A stretch of DNA of 64,000 nucleotides from a virus (Duplodnaviria; Caudoviricetes), in IMG/VR virus record IMGVR_UViG_2974766419_000001, positions 8,659 through 72,658 of that record, one strand, 5' to 3'. Below are positions 9,058-17,619 of this stretch, one piece after another. A program made the translations under genes and the position numbers. The notes beneath the pieces are model-generated. The model did not search any database. It was not told the DNA's origin and worked only from the letters and a program-made list of their open reading frames with translations. Position 1 is the stretch's first letter; each line of letters opens with the position of its first letter.

Positions 9058-9919
9058 CCGGCCAATTACCTTGTTCATGTTCGCTGGCCGGGAAGGAAAC
9101 ATGCGGTGCAACCTGCCGCTGATCCGGCAGATTCTGGACGAGAACCCGAACGTGCAGTTCGACATCTGGAATCTGGCGCGCAAGCCCGCCGACGCCGAGT
9201 ATCTGCGCACCATCCAGTCTGGCAGCGGGCTGCGGGTCATCAACAACTTCGCCGGGCCGCGCGCATACCGCTTCCTCAACAAGGTGTGGAGCTACTACGC
9301 GCAGGACAAATTCAAAGACCAGCTGTTCGTCAAGATGGACGACGACGTGGTGTTCATCGAGACCGAGAAGTTCGACGCGTTCGTTGACGAGGTGGAGGCT
9401 CACCCCGAGCACGTGCTGTCTGCGGAGGTCATCAACAACGGGGCGTGTACCGAGTTCGTCCCCGGCCTGAACACCAAGTTCCGCAAAATGGGCATCGACC
9501 TGCTCGACGTTCACGAGAGCAACGCCTACGCGCTGATGGCGCATCAGCATATGGAGCGCAACTGGGAGAAGCTGGTCGGCCGCAAGACCAGCGTCACCGA
9601 CATCGAGACGTGGCTGTCCATCAACTTCATCGGCATGAACTGGGACGTGCTGCGCCGACTCAACGGGCACATCGGCAACCGCGCACCCGAGTGGATCGCG
9701 GGCCGGCAGTGGCTGCCGCACCACCGTATCGGCGACGAAGGCGCGGCCAACATGCTGCCGCGCGCGGTGATGCAGGGCTTCACCGTGGGCCACCTGGGCT
9801 TCGGGCCGCAGAAGCTGACCGACGCGCAGGAAGACGAGTGGCGCGAGGTCTACACCAAGATCGGGCAGAAGTACCTGCTGGATGTTCGGAAACCGAACAC
9901 CCCTGGAGGGGGTCTGTGA
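9050..9919 (+). CDS. glycosyltransferase
   Basis: FAGREGNM start region and FVKMDDDVVFI DxD motif. Confidence 0.75.
   Translation: MSDRPITLFMFAGREGNMRCNLPLIRQILDENPNVQFDIWNLARKPADAEYLRTIQSGSGLRVINNFAGPRAYRFLNKVWSYYAQDKFKDQLFVKMDDDVVFIETEKFDAFVDEVEAHPEHVLSAEVINNGACTEFVPGLNTKFRKMGIDLLDVHESNAYALMAHQHMERNWEKLVGRKTSVTDIETWLSINFIGMNWDVLRRLNGHIGNRAPEWIAGRQWLPHHRIGDEGAANMLPRAVMQGFTVGHLGFGPQKLTDAQEDEWREVYTKIGQKYLLDVRKPNTPGGGL
9883..9899. repeat. 17-bp palindrome
   Basis: TGTTCGG-AAA-CCGAACA. Confidence 0.95.
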
Positions 9920-10608
9920 AGGTTGCCGTCGTCATTCCGTTTCGGGACCGCGGCCTTGATCCGCTGCGCCTGGAAAACCTGGCCAGGGTCGCCGACCATT
10001 GGGCGGGGTACAGCGGCGAGGTGATTGTCAGCGGCGACGGCCGCAGTGGCGACGCGCACTTCAACCGCAGCGCCGCCTACAACCGCGGCGTCACAGACAC
10101 CGACGCTGACATGCTGATATTCGCCGAGTCGGACCTGCTGGTCAGCTACGCCCAGATCGACCGGGCCATCGAGATGGCGTCCGACAGTCTCGGCATGGTG
10201 GTCCCGTTCTCGTGGTTCATGGCACTGAGTCCCGAGGATTCGGTGCGCGTCCGCAACCGCGAAGTCGAGCCCGAGGGTCTGTCGGCCACCCCCATCAAGG
10301 GCCACCGCGGCAGCATCGGCGCCATCAACGTCCTGTCCCGCGACACCTACGAGGCAGTCGGCGGCTACGACGAGCAGTTCGAGGGGGCCTGGTACGACGA
10401 CGACGCGATGAAGATCGCGTTCGACGTGGCGGCCGGGCCAACCCGCTGGGTGGAGGGATCGGCCTACCACCTGTATCACCTGTCGGGTGGCCGCGGCGCG
10501 CACCTGACCGCCGAGGACCGCGCGGCGACCGCGCGCAACCGCCGACGGCTGCGGCTGTACAGGCAGGCGCGCACCGCCGAGCAGATCAGAAAGCTGACCG
10601 CGCGGTGA
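9916..10608 (+). CDS. glycosyltransferase (GT-A fold, galactosyltransferase-like)
   Basis: VVIPFRDR, FNRSAAYNRG, GGYDEQFEGAWYDDD, YHLYH. Confidence 0.85.
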   Translation: MKVAVVIPFRDRGLDPLRLENLARVADHWAGYSGEVIVSGDGRSGDAHFNRSAAYNRGVTDTDADMLIFAESDLLVSYAQIDRAIEMASDSLGMVVPFSWFMALSPEDSVRVRNREVEPEGLSATPIKGHRGSIGAINVLSRDTYEAVGGYDEQFEGAWYDDDAMKIAFDVAAGPTRWVEGSAYHLYHLSGGRGAHLTAEDRAATARNRRRLRLYRQARTAEQIRKLTAR

Positions 10609-11225
10609 CGCTCATCGGCATCGTGGCCGACGCGCGCCGCGACGGCGCGGGCGAGATGCTGGCGGCCAAGGTGCAGGCCGACTACCTGAGCATCGACCAG
10701 GGTGAGCTGGGCTGCGCGCAGAATCACGCGAAGGTGTGGCGCACGCTGGCTGCCCTGTCGGAGGGCCACTCGCACTGCGTGGTGCTGGAGGACGACGCGG
10801 TTCCGGTCGACGGATTTCGCGATCAGCTCGACGCCGCGCTGGAGGCGGCACCGGCGCCCATCGTGTCGCTGTATCTCGGCCGCGGCTACATCGGCGACCG
10901 GTATATGTCGGGGCACATCGCACGCGCCGACCAGCTCAACGCGCACTGGCTGACCAGCCCCGCCATCATGCACGCTGTCGCCTTGGCGGTGCGCACCGAC
11001 CTGCTCCCTGGCCTGGTCACGGCACTTCCATCCAAGGATCAGGCCATCGACCGGACCCTTTCGCTGTGGGCGCGGCGACAGGGGCACCGGGTGGCCTACA
11101 CCCATCCGTCGCTGGTCGATCACGACGACGGACCAAGCCTGGTGTCCCGCTACAAGCGCGCCGAACGCCGTGCGTGGCGCGTCGGCGGTCGGGATGTTTG
11201 GCGCAACAAAACGATAGCCATATGA
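10605..11225 (+). CDS. glycosyltransferase (GT25-like)
   Basis: LGCAQNH, VVLEDDAV, PSLVDH motifs. Confidence 0.75.
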   Translation: MTLIGIVADARRDGAGEMLAAKVQADYLSIDQGELGCAQNHAKVWRTLAALSEGHSHCVVLEDDAVPVDGFRDQLDAALEAAPAPIVSLYLGRGYIGDRYMSGHIARADQLNAHWLTSPAIMHAVALAVRTDLLPGLVTALPSKDQAIDRTLSLWARRQGHRVAYTHPSLVDHDDGPSLVSRYKRAERRAWRVGGRDVWRNKTIAI

Positions 11226-11293
11226 CGCAGTGTGACCTGGTATAAGCCGCCACCTGCGGTAACCTGAAAAGCAATTCTCGCAAGGGAGAGGCA

Positions 11294-11956
11294 ATGTCTG
11301 ACGACCGCAAGCTCAACACGCCTGGTGATCAGGGCATTCGTCCCTCGGTCGAAACCCGCTCCGAGACCGTCCAACTCGACAACGTTGACTTCGGCCAGCG
11401 AATCATCACGGTGCTGGCGGTCCCCTACGAACAGCCGACGCAGGTCATGTACCGCTCCGAGATGTGGTCGGAGGTGTTCACCCGCAGCGCCTTCAACGGC
11501 ATCGAGAGCCAGAACCGCAAGATCCCCGCGACCGCTGCGCTGGAAATCCCGGCCCCCAACCATGACGGTGGGCGGCTCGTCGGCAAGGTTATCTCCTCGA
11601 ACCCGTACCACGAGGCCGGCCTGATCTGCGAAGTCAAGGTCAGCCGAACCGACTATGGCGACGAGACGCTGGAGCTGGCGCGCGACGATGCACTGTCGGC
11701 CAGCATCGGGTTCCTGGTGAAGAACCCCAAGTTCGATCAGGACCTGGACCGCTACACCAAGACCCGCCGGGTGAACCGGGCGTTCCTCGACCACCTGGCG
11801 TTCGTCGGCCAGCCCGCCTACGAGGGCGCGCGGGTGCTGGCGATGCGCGGCGAGGACCGGCTGGAACCGGAGGCCCCGCTGTCCCCGACGCCGCGTCTCG
11901 ACGAGTTCCTGAACGACCCCATCCTGCAGTGGGCGTCGAAGACGGTGCGCGGATGA
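11294..11956 (+). CDS. capsid maturation protease
   Basis: HK97-type protease features (NHD, SASIGF, HLAFVGQPAYEGA). Confidence 0.85.
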   Translation: MSDDRKLNTPGDQGIRPSVETRSETVQLDNVDFGQRIITVLAVPYEQPTQVMYRSEMWSEVFTRSAFNGIESQNRKIPATAALEIPAPNHDGGRLVGKVISSNPYHEAGLICEVKVSRTDYGDETLELARDDALSASIGFLVKNPKFDQDLDRYTKTRRVNRAFLDHLAFVGQPAYEGARVLAMRGEDRLEPEAPLSPTPRLDEFLNDPILQWASKTVRG

Positions 11957-12087
11957 AGGTCTGGTTTCAGGGTCGCTACATCGACGTCGCGGTGACGGTC
12001 ACCGAGGGCGACGACGGCGTGCCCTACGTCTATGTCGATGTGCCCGACGGGCCGGACGGCGGCGAACCGCTGCCCGCCGCGGCGTGA
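11953..12087 (+). CDS. small hypothetical protein (44 aa)
   Basis: Translated by hand: MKVWFQGRYIDVAVTVTEGDDGVPYVYVDVPDGPDGGEPLPAAA. ATGA-coupled. Confidence 0.55.
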   Translation: MKVWFQGRYIDVAVTVTEGDDGVPYVYVDVPDGPDGGEPLPAAA

Positions 12088-12149
12088 TCGGGGACTGTGA
12101 GTACGCCATTGGCGAGGTGCCGTGGCCATGGAAAACGTAGGGGACGGTT

Positions 12150-12347
12150 TTGCACAGCCTCGTTAAACAGCTCCGCGAGGCCACCGACTATCCATGGCAG
12201 GACTGCCTAGAGGCGGCCCGCATGACCACGGATATTCGGGTGGCCGTGGAGCTCCTCCCCGGGATTTGGCGCAAGCGCAACGGCGTGGAATATCGCGGGG
12301 AATGCACCCGCACTGTCAAGCCCGGTTACGAATGGATTTGGGAGTAA
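12150..12347 (+). CDS. small protein with EF-Ts/UBA-like N-terminus
   Basis: TTG start after a purine-rich RBS. SLVKQLREATDYPWQDCLEAA. Confidence 0.55.
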   Translation: MHSLVKQLREATDYPWQDCLEAARMTTDIRVAVELLPGIWRKRNGVEYRGECTRTVKPGYEWIWE

Positions 12348-12412
12348 CCTCTTGACGTCCTGAATACCTCACGAATGATCTGTTAATCTTGAGCCTCAGA
12401 TCGCAGGGACGA

Positions 12413-12463
12413 TCTCGCTGGCCGAGAGGGCTGACCGCACGGTCTCGTTAGCCGAGAGGGCTG
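12413..12463 (+). repeat. tandem 21-bp direct repeat of hairpin units in capsid leader
   Basis: TCTCGCTGGCCGAGAGGGCTG (12413-12433) and TCTCGTTAGCCGAGAGGGCTG (12443-12463). Confidence 0.85.
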
Positions 12464-12508
12464 TTGAGGACAAGAACACCATCAAACTTCTCAGCAGGAG
12501 TAAGGCAC

Positions 12509-13741
12509 ATGGGCAACGCCACCACCGCCAGCGACGAGTACATCCGCCGCCTCGAAAAGGAACTCAGCGAGAAGGAGTCCCTGGTTCGCGGCATCTATGA
12601 CCGCGCCAACGCCTCCAACCGCGACGTCAACGAGGAAGAGGGCCAGATGGTCGCGGAGTGCCGCGGCCGCATGGAGCAGATCAAGAACCAGATGGAGCAG
12701 GCTCAGGAGGTCAACCGGATCGCCTTCGAGACCCGCTCCAAGGGCCAGGCCGTCGACGCCGCTATCTCGGCGATGCGCGGCAGCCCCGTCGGCACCGAGG
12801 TCGAGTATCGTTCCGCTGGCGAGTACATGCTCGACATGTGGAACAGCGCGCAGGGCAACGCCAGCGCCGCTGACCGCCTGGAGGTCTACGCACGCGCGGC
12901 CGACCATCAGAAGACCGGCGACCTTCAGGGTGTCATCCCTGATCCCATCGTCGGCCCGGTCATCGACTTCATCGACTCGGCCCGTCCGCTGGTGTCGACT
13001 CTCGGCACCCTGCCGCTGAACAACGCGACGTTCTACCGTCCGATCGTGTCGCAGCGTCCGGCCGTCGGTCTGCAGGGCGTGGCCGGTGGACCCTCCGACG
13101 AGAAGTCGGAGCTGGACAGCCAGAAGATGATCATTGATCGTCTGACCGTCAACGCTCAGACGCTCGGCGGCTACGTCAACGTCTCGCGTCAGGCCATCGA
13201 CTTCTCCTCGCCGTCGGCGCTGGACCTGGTGGTTAACGGTCTCGGCCAGCAGTACGCCATCGAGACCGAGGCCCTGGTGGGCGCGGCTCTCGCCAGCACC
13301 TCCACCGGCGCTGTCGGCTACGGCAACGCCACCGCCGACAACGTGGCGGCGGCGATCTGGCAGGCTGCGGGTGCCGTGTACACCGCGGTGAAGGGCATGG
13401 GCCGTCTGGTCATCGCCATCGCACCGGACGTGCTGGGCGACTTCGGTCCCCTGTTTGCGCCGGTCAACCCGACCAACTCGCATTCGACGGGCTTCGAGGC
13501 CGGCCGCTTCGGCCAGGGCGTCATGGGCTCGATCTCCGGTATTCCGGTGGTCATGTCGGCGGCGCTGGGCAGCGGCGACGCCTACCTGTTCTCGACCGCC
13601 GCGATCGAGTGCTTCGAGCAGCGGGTCGGCACCCTGCAGGTGGTCGAGCCTTCGGTGTTCGGTCTGCAGGTCGCCTACGCTGGCTACTTCTCGACGCTCG
13701 TCGTCAACGAGGACGCCATCGTTCCGCTGGTTGGGTCGTAA
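12509..13741 (+). CDS. major capsid protein (HK97 fold)
   Basis: RBS AGGAG, coiled-coil N-terminal scaffold-like region, TLGGYVNVSRQAID. Confidence 0.92.
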   Translation: MGNATTASDEYIRRLEKELSEKESLVRGIYDRANASNRDVNEEEGQMVAECRGRMEQIKNQMEQAQEVNRIAFETRSKGQAVDAAISAMRGSPVGTEVEYRSAGEYMLDMWNSAQGNASAADRLEVYARAADHQKTGDLQGVIPDPIVGPVIDFIDSARPLVSTLGTLPLNNATFYRPIVSQRPAVGLQGVAGGPSDEKSELDSQKMIIDRLTVNAQTLGGYVNVSRQAIDFSSPSALDLVVNGLGQQYAIETEALVGAALASTSTGAVGYGNATADNVAAAIWQAAGAVYTAVKGMGRLVIAIAPDVLGDFGPLFAPVNPTNSHSTGFEAGRFGQGVMGSISGIPVVMSAALGSGDAYLFSTAAIECFEQRVGTLQVVEPSVFGLQVAYAGYFSTLVVNEDAIVPLVGS

Positions 13742-13971
13742 TGCAGACCTACACCAATCGCAACGGTGAGCTGGTCGCAGTCGGGTCCATCAACCACGCG
13801 GAGTTGGCCCGGCTGCGAGCAGCAGCCAAGAAGGCGAAGCCCGAGCCCGAGTCGAAGCCCGAGTCGAAGCCCGAGGCTGAGCCGGAGGCTGAGGACAAGG
13901 CCGAGTCTGAGGCGACCCCTCCGGCTCCGAGGCGCGCAGCTACGAAGTCGTCGGCCAAGTCCACCTCGTAA
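13741..13971 (+). CDS. hypothetical protein with low-complexity tail
   Basis: MQTYTNRNGELV..., TAATG-coupled to capsid. Confidence 0.7.
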   Translation: MQTYTNRNGELVAVGSINHAELARLRAAAKKAKPEPESKPESKPEAEPEAEDKAESEATPPAPRRAATKSSAKSTS

Positions 13972-13980
13972 GGGGGCCGA

Positions 13981-14586
13981 ATGGCTGAGCTGAGCGAGGC
14001 CGATGTCGAGTCGTTCACTCGCGGGCGGCTGTCCGCGAGTGATGGCGAGACCAAGAGGATGCTCGACGCCGCGCTGCTGACGGCCCGTCGATACTGTGGC
14101 TGGAAGGTGACACCCGTGGTCACCGATGACGTCATGGTTCTCGACGGGCCGGACAGCCGGATTCTCAACCTGCCCACCCGCAAGCTGGTCACGCTGTCGG
14201 AGCTGTCCGAGCGTGGTAACCCGGTGGACCTGTCCAAGGTGCGCTGGTCGGCGGGCGGGCCTCCCGGTTCGTCGTCGCGCCCCATCGCGGTGCGCAAGCG
14301 CAACGGCGGCTGGTGGACCGGCGAGTATCAGGGCATCGAAGTGAAGATGACCCACGGTTACACCGAGGCCGAGGCCGCGGACTGGCGGCTGGCGGTGCTG
14401 TCGATGGTGGACCAGATGAGCCAGACCCTCGCGTCGGGTCGCGGCGAGCTGGACCTCCTGTCGAAGAAGGTCGACGATGTGACCTACCGCTGGGGCGACC
14501 CGTACGCGGACTCCGCGCAGCAGGCGCTGTTCTCGGTGACCAGAGTGTTCGACAACTTCACGCTGCCGTGCGTGGAGTTCCTTTGA
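13981..14586 (+). CDS. head-to-tail adaptor
   Basis: ARRYCGW and VKMTHGY motifs, position. Confidence 0.75.
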   Translation: MAELSEADVESFTRGRLSASDGETKRMLDAALLTARRYCGWKVTPVVTDDVMVLDGPDSRILNLPTRKLVTLSELSERGNPVDLSKVRWSAGGPPGSSSRPIAVRKRNGGWWTGEYQGIEVKMTHGYTEAEAADWRLAVLSMVDQMSQTLASGRGELDLLSKKVDDVTYRWGDPYADSAQQALFSVTRVFDNFTLPCVEFL

Positions 14587-14599
14587 CGGAGGGGTTGGC

Positions 14600-14737
14600 A
14601 TGGCGATCACAGTCGAGGTGAAGCCGGACTTCTCGGCGTTCCGCGGGGCCACTGTCGAGGAGGTTGTCGCCGCGGTCGGCGTGGACGAGGCTACCGCCGA
14701 GAAGCTGTTGGAACACTTCACTCTGTTCCCGAGGTAG
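14600..14737 (+). CDS. small hypothetical protein (45 aa)
   Basis: Hand translation MAITVEVKPDFSAFRGATVEEVVAAVGVDEATAEKLLEHFTLFPR with GGAGGGG RBS. Confidence 0.55.
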   Translation: MAITVEVKPDFSAFRGATVEEVVAAVGVDEATAEKLLEHFTLFPR

Positions 14738-14739
14738 CC

Positions 14740-15099
14740 ATGTCATTCGGAGCGTCCACCGTCACGTTCGTGGTTCACACGGACGGGGCAACCCCTGGCG
14801 AGCTGGGCACCTATCCGCAGGTGGAGACCGAGGTGTCGGCGCCCGGCTGCCGGCATCGGCCGCTGACGTTTCGGGAGACCGCCGAGCTTCAGTTTGACGT
14901 GGCCACCCAAATCTGGAAAACGACGCTGCCGGTCGGTGAGTACAGCCCGACGCTGCTCGATCAGATTAGGGCCGTCCAGCCCGACGACACGATCCGTGTC
15001 GATGGCGTGGAGTATTCGATCATCGGCGGTGTGCAAGTCTTCGACGACTTCGCTGGTCCGTTCAAAGCTACGATCATCTCCAAGAGGCACATCGGATGA
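14740..15099 (+). CDS. head-to-tail stopper
   Basis: Beta-rich 119-aa ORF with DTIRVDGVEYSIIG, position. Confidence 0.7.
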   Translation: MSFGASTVTFVVHTDGATPGELGTYPQVETEVSAPGCRHRPLTFRETAELQFDVATQIWKTTLPVGEYSPTLLDQIRAVQPDDTIRVDGVEYSIIGGVQVFDDFAGPFKATIISKRHIG

Positions 15100-15416
15100 G
15101 GGAGAGTGCTGTGCACAAGTACCGACTGCTGGCTCAGTGCTACGTCCCCATCGGCGGCGGCCTCAAGTTCAAGCATGCCGGTCAGATCGTCACCCTCGAC
15201 GCCAAGGCCGCGGCGAAGCTGGATGGCCTGATCGAGCCGGTGGGTGTTCGGAAACCGAACACCCCGAGGAAAGCTCAGGCCAAGAGGCCCAAGGTCGATG
15301 AGCCTGAGGTCCTGGAGTCTGAGGCCGAGGAGCCCGAGTCGGTGGAGGAGGTGACCTCCGATGCCGGTGAGCCGACAGGTGCTGTTCAACGAGCTGGAAG
15401 TGAAGATCGAGAATGA
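15096..15416 (+). CDS. hypothetical protein
   Basis: Coupled ORF with acidic tail. Confidence 0.6.
   Translation: MRESAVHKYRLLAQCYVPIGGGLKFKHAGQIVTLDAKAAAKLDGLIEPVGVRKPNTPRKAQAKRPKVDEPEVLESEAEEPESVEEVTSDAGEPTGAVQRAGSEDRE
15245..15261. repeat. 17-bp palindrome
   Basis: TGTTCGG-AAA-CCGAACA. Confidence 0.95.
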
Positions 15417-15786
15417 CCCCGAGGTAAAGCTCCAGACGCTGGCGTTCGCCGAGCGGGTCAAGGAGTACTGGCAGGACATCGCGCCCGACGCGGGCGACCC
15501 TGGTCACCCCTACGCGACGGGTCACTACAAGGATTCGATTCAGCGTATCGCCACCAAGGGCCGCGGCCCCCGCGGTCGATGGATTTGGCACCACTGGGTG
15601 GGGACCTTCGATACTGTCGCCGGCCTGCTGGAGTACGGCACCGGCAACGACTACGGCCCCGAGAGCAAGGGCAACTGGATCGGCCTGGACGGCGAGCACC
15701 ACTGGAGTTGGAAGACGCCCACCCCGACGTTCGCGTACGCCGCCCGTGTGGCGGCCCACTTCGGCGGAACGATGGACGATGACTGA
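15361..15786 (+). CDS. neck/tail-completion protein (HK97 gp10-like)
   Basis: YATGHYKDSI and LLEYGTG motifs, position. Confidence 0.65.
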   Translation: MPVSRQVLFNELEVKIENDPEVKLQTLAFAERVKEYWQDIAPDAGDPGHPYATGHYKDSIQRIATKGRGPRGRWIWHHWVGTFDTVAGLLEYGTGNDYGPESKGNWIGLDGEHHWSWKTPTPTFAYAARVAAHFGGTMDDD

Positions 15787-16222
15787 GCCGCTGGACGACG
15801 AAGAGCCTGAGATCCCCGAGCCGGAGATTCTGAACGAGGGGCCGGCCGACGCTGAGACGTTTGTGGTGAAGTGGCTGGGCGAGGTGTATCGCGCAGCGAA
15901 CACGCGCCGTCCCGGCGATCCGCTGCCGTTTCTGCTTATTCAGCAGGTGACGTCCAAGGAAAATCTGGACGAATCTACCGCCGATCCGGTGGTTCAGGTC
16001 GACATCTTGTGCGACAAGGTGAACGGCGAAGATGCAGCGCGTGATGTCAAAGATAGAGTCCATCGCCGAATGTTGCTTCTAGGAAGATATCTAGAGATGG
16101 ACGGCACCCTCGATTGGATGAAGGTGTTCGAGTCGCCGCGTCGCCTGGAGTACGCAAACGACAAGGTCATCCGGTACATGGCGCGCTACCAGTTCGGGCA
16201 GACTTACGAGCAGATAGCTTAG
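15779..16222 (+). CDS. tail terminator
   Basis: Position before major tail. VVQVDIL and RYMARYQF. Confidence 0.7.
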   Translation: MTEPLDDEEPEIPEPEILNEGPADAETFVVKWLGEVYRAANTRRPGDPLPFLLIQQVTSKENLDESTADPVVQVDILCDKVNGEDAARDVKDRVHRRMLLLGRYLEMDGTLDWMKVFESPRRLEYANDKVIRYMARYQFGQTYEQIA

Positions 16223-16250
16223 TATTTAGCGAGAGGAAAGGACGTCCACT

Positions 16251-17066
16251 ATGGCCATTCCATCGACGGGCACCTCGTGGCGGGCAGGCGGGTTCGGCGA
16301 CGTCGACTCCCGCTTCAACAACCGCGGCGGGTTGGCGGCAATCCTGATCCGCGACAACCGCGGTCCCGACACCAACATCAGTCCGTGGGCATCGGGCAAC
16401 CCCCCGACCCGCAACTGGTCGCCGTTCGCCGAGGACGGCAATCCGCGCGACGACCTGTTCGCGCACATCCTGGTGGACGGTGACTGGGTTACCAACCCTG
16501 AGCCGAACGAGGGCTTCCACCTCATCGGTGCCCTGACCGAGGATGGCGGACCCGAGAGGGCGCCGGACATCTCGAACGACAACCAGATGATCCTGCAGTC
16601 GAACATGCCGTTCGACTCGGACCTGACCTCCGAGAGCTTGTCCATCAACTTCACCGGCGTCGAGACGGTGAAGCCCCTGATGAAGCGGCTTCGGATGAAC
16701 CTGGCCCTGTCGGACTCCGACGGCAACTCGATCGTCGAGGACCCCGGCACCGAGAACTTCGGCATCGGCAAGCCCGTCGACAACGAAGGTCCCGAGTACC
16801 AGATCATTCTGATGTTCGCCCGGCGCAAGCGGGGCAAGTTCCTCTACACGGCCGAGGGTTACTCGCTGTGCAAGCTGAACGACATCGGTGCGTTCCGGCG
16901 CTCGAAGACCGACCCTGACGCGGGTTCGCTGGGTTACATGGTCCTGCCCGACCCGTACTTCGTCGGCAAGGATCCCAACAACCCAGACTCCGACGAGCTG
17001 ATCCCCCTGTACTACCACGAGTGGGTCAGCGGCGAGTCCTGGACCGACATCAAGGGCGACAGCTAG
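16251..17066 (+). CDS. major tail (tube) protein
   Basis: 271 aa, strong RBS, FHLIGALTEDGG, followed by a terminator. Confidence 0.85.
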   Translation: MAIPSTGTSWRAGGFGDVDSRFNNRGGLAAILIRDNRGPDTNISPWASGNPPTRNWSPFAEDGNPRDDLFAHILVDGDWVTNPEPNEGFHLIGALTEDGGPERAPDISNDNQMILQSNMPFDSDLTSESLSINFTGVETVKPLMKRLRMNLALSDSDGNSIVEDPGTENFGIGKPVDNEGPEYQIILMFARRKRGKFLYTAEGYSLCKLNDIGAFRRSKTDPDAGSLGYMVLPDPYFVGKDPNNPDSDELIPLYYHEWVSGESWTDIKGDS

Positions 17067-17096
17067 GCTCAATCTGGGCAGTGACTGGCCCTACAG

Positions 17097-17134
17097 GAAA
17101 GCCCCGGTCTGCTGGAGAGGCAGCCGGGGCTTTC
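17097..17134. terminator. bidirectional intrinsic terminator
   Basis: GAAAGCCCCGG...CCGGGGCTTTC hairpin between convergent genes. Confidence 0.8.
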
Positions 17135-17142
17135 TCGTGGGG

Positions 17143-17159
17143 TGTTCGGTTTCCGAACA
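17143..17159. repeat. 17-bp palindrome
   Basis: TGTTCGG-TTT-CCGAACA. Confidence 0.95.
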
Positions 17160-17162
17160 CCC

Positions 17163-17258
17163 TCAGCCGGGTCGGTTCAGCGACCTGATCCACACCAGCG
17201 CGCAGGTGACGAGGACTGCAGCGGTGCCGCCCAAGGTCCACAGGGTCTTCTCGATCAT
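17163..17258 (-). CDS. 31-aa membrane peptide
   Basis: MIEKTLWTLGGTAAVLVTCALVWIRSLNRPG, ATGA-coupled. Confidence 0.55.
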   Translation of the reverse strand: MIEKTLWTLGGTAAVLVTCALVWIRSLNRPG

Positions 17259-17431
17259 GGCTCTCCAGGGCATGAATAGTCGGGGTGGCCTTGGCGCATC
17301 GTCTTGCCGCCCTCCAGCGTGTGCTCCTCGCAGATGGCCTGGTTGGCGATGACCAGGCCGCACGGGGCCTTCGGGCACGGGCAGTCGTCTTCGATGGCGT
17401 GGCCTGCCCAGCTGCGCCCGATGTGCATCAC
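17255..17431 (-). CDS. 58-aa Cys/His-rich protein
   Basis: Hand translation includes DDCPCPKAPCG...CEEH...HPDYSCP. GTGA/ATGA coupling on both sides. Confidence 0.65.
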   Translation of the reverse strand: MMHIGRSWAGHAIEDDCPCPKAPCGLVIANQAICEEHTLEGGKTMRQGHPDYSCPGEP

Positions 17432-17619
17432 GGCCTCTTCAGGAACTCGTGGAACGTCTCGGCCATCGAGATAATCTCGTCGGCCTTCACCTGCGGTTTG
17501 TTGCGCAGCACGGTGATCGCGGACTGCAGCGCGGTGGTGCGCTTGTCGGAGCCGGCCGTGTTCAGGTTCTGGATGTTGGTCCTGGCCGGCGGCAGGTCGC
17601 GGTTGGTTGGCATGGTCAT
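17428..17619 (-). CDS. hypothetical protein (63 aa)
   Basis: MTMPTNRDLP..., ATGA-coupled to the HTH gene. Confidence 0.65.
   Translation of the reverse strand: MTMPTNRDLPPARTNIQNLNTAGSDKRTTALQSAITVLRNKPQVKADEIISMAETFHEFLKRP

Noticed and set aside
11221-11250. TGGTATAAG upstream of the protease gene
   Set aside because: Possible extended -10, but no matching -35 at proper spacing. Support is too weak.
12352-12391. Capsid promoter TTGACG at 12352
   Set aside because: No -10 at canonical spacing (best TGATCT at 18 bp, TAATCT too far), so it is not listed as a feature although a promoter here is plausible.
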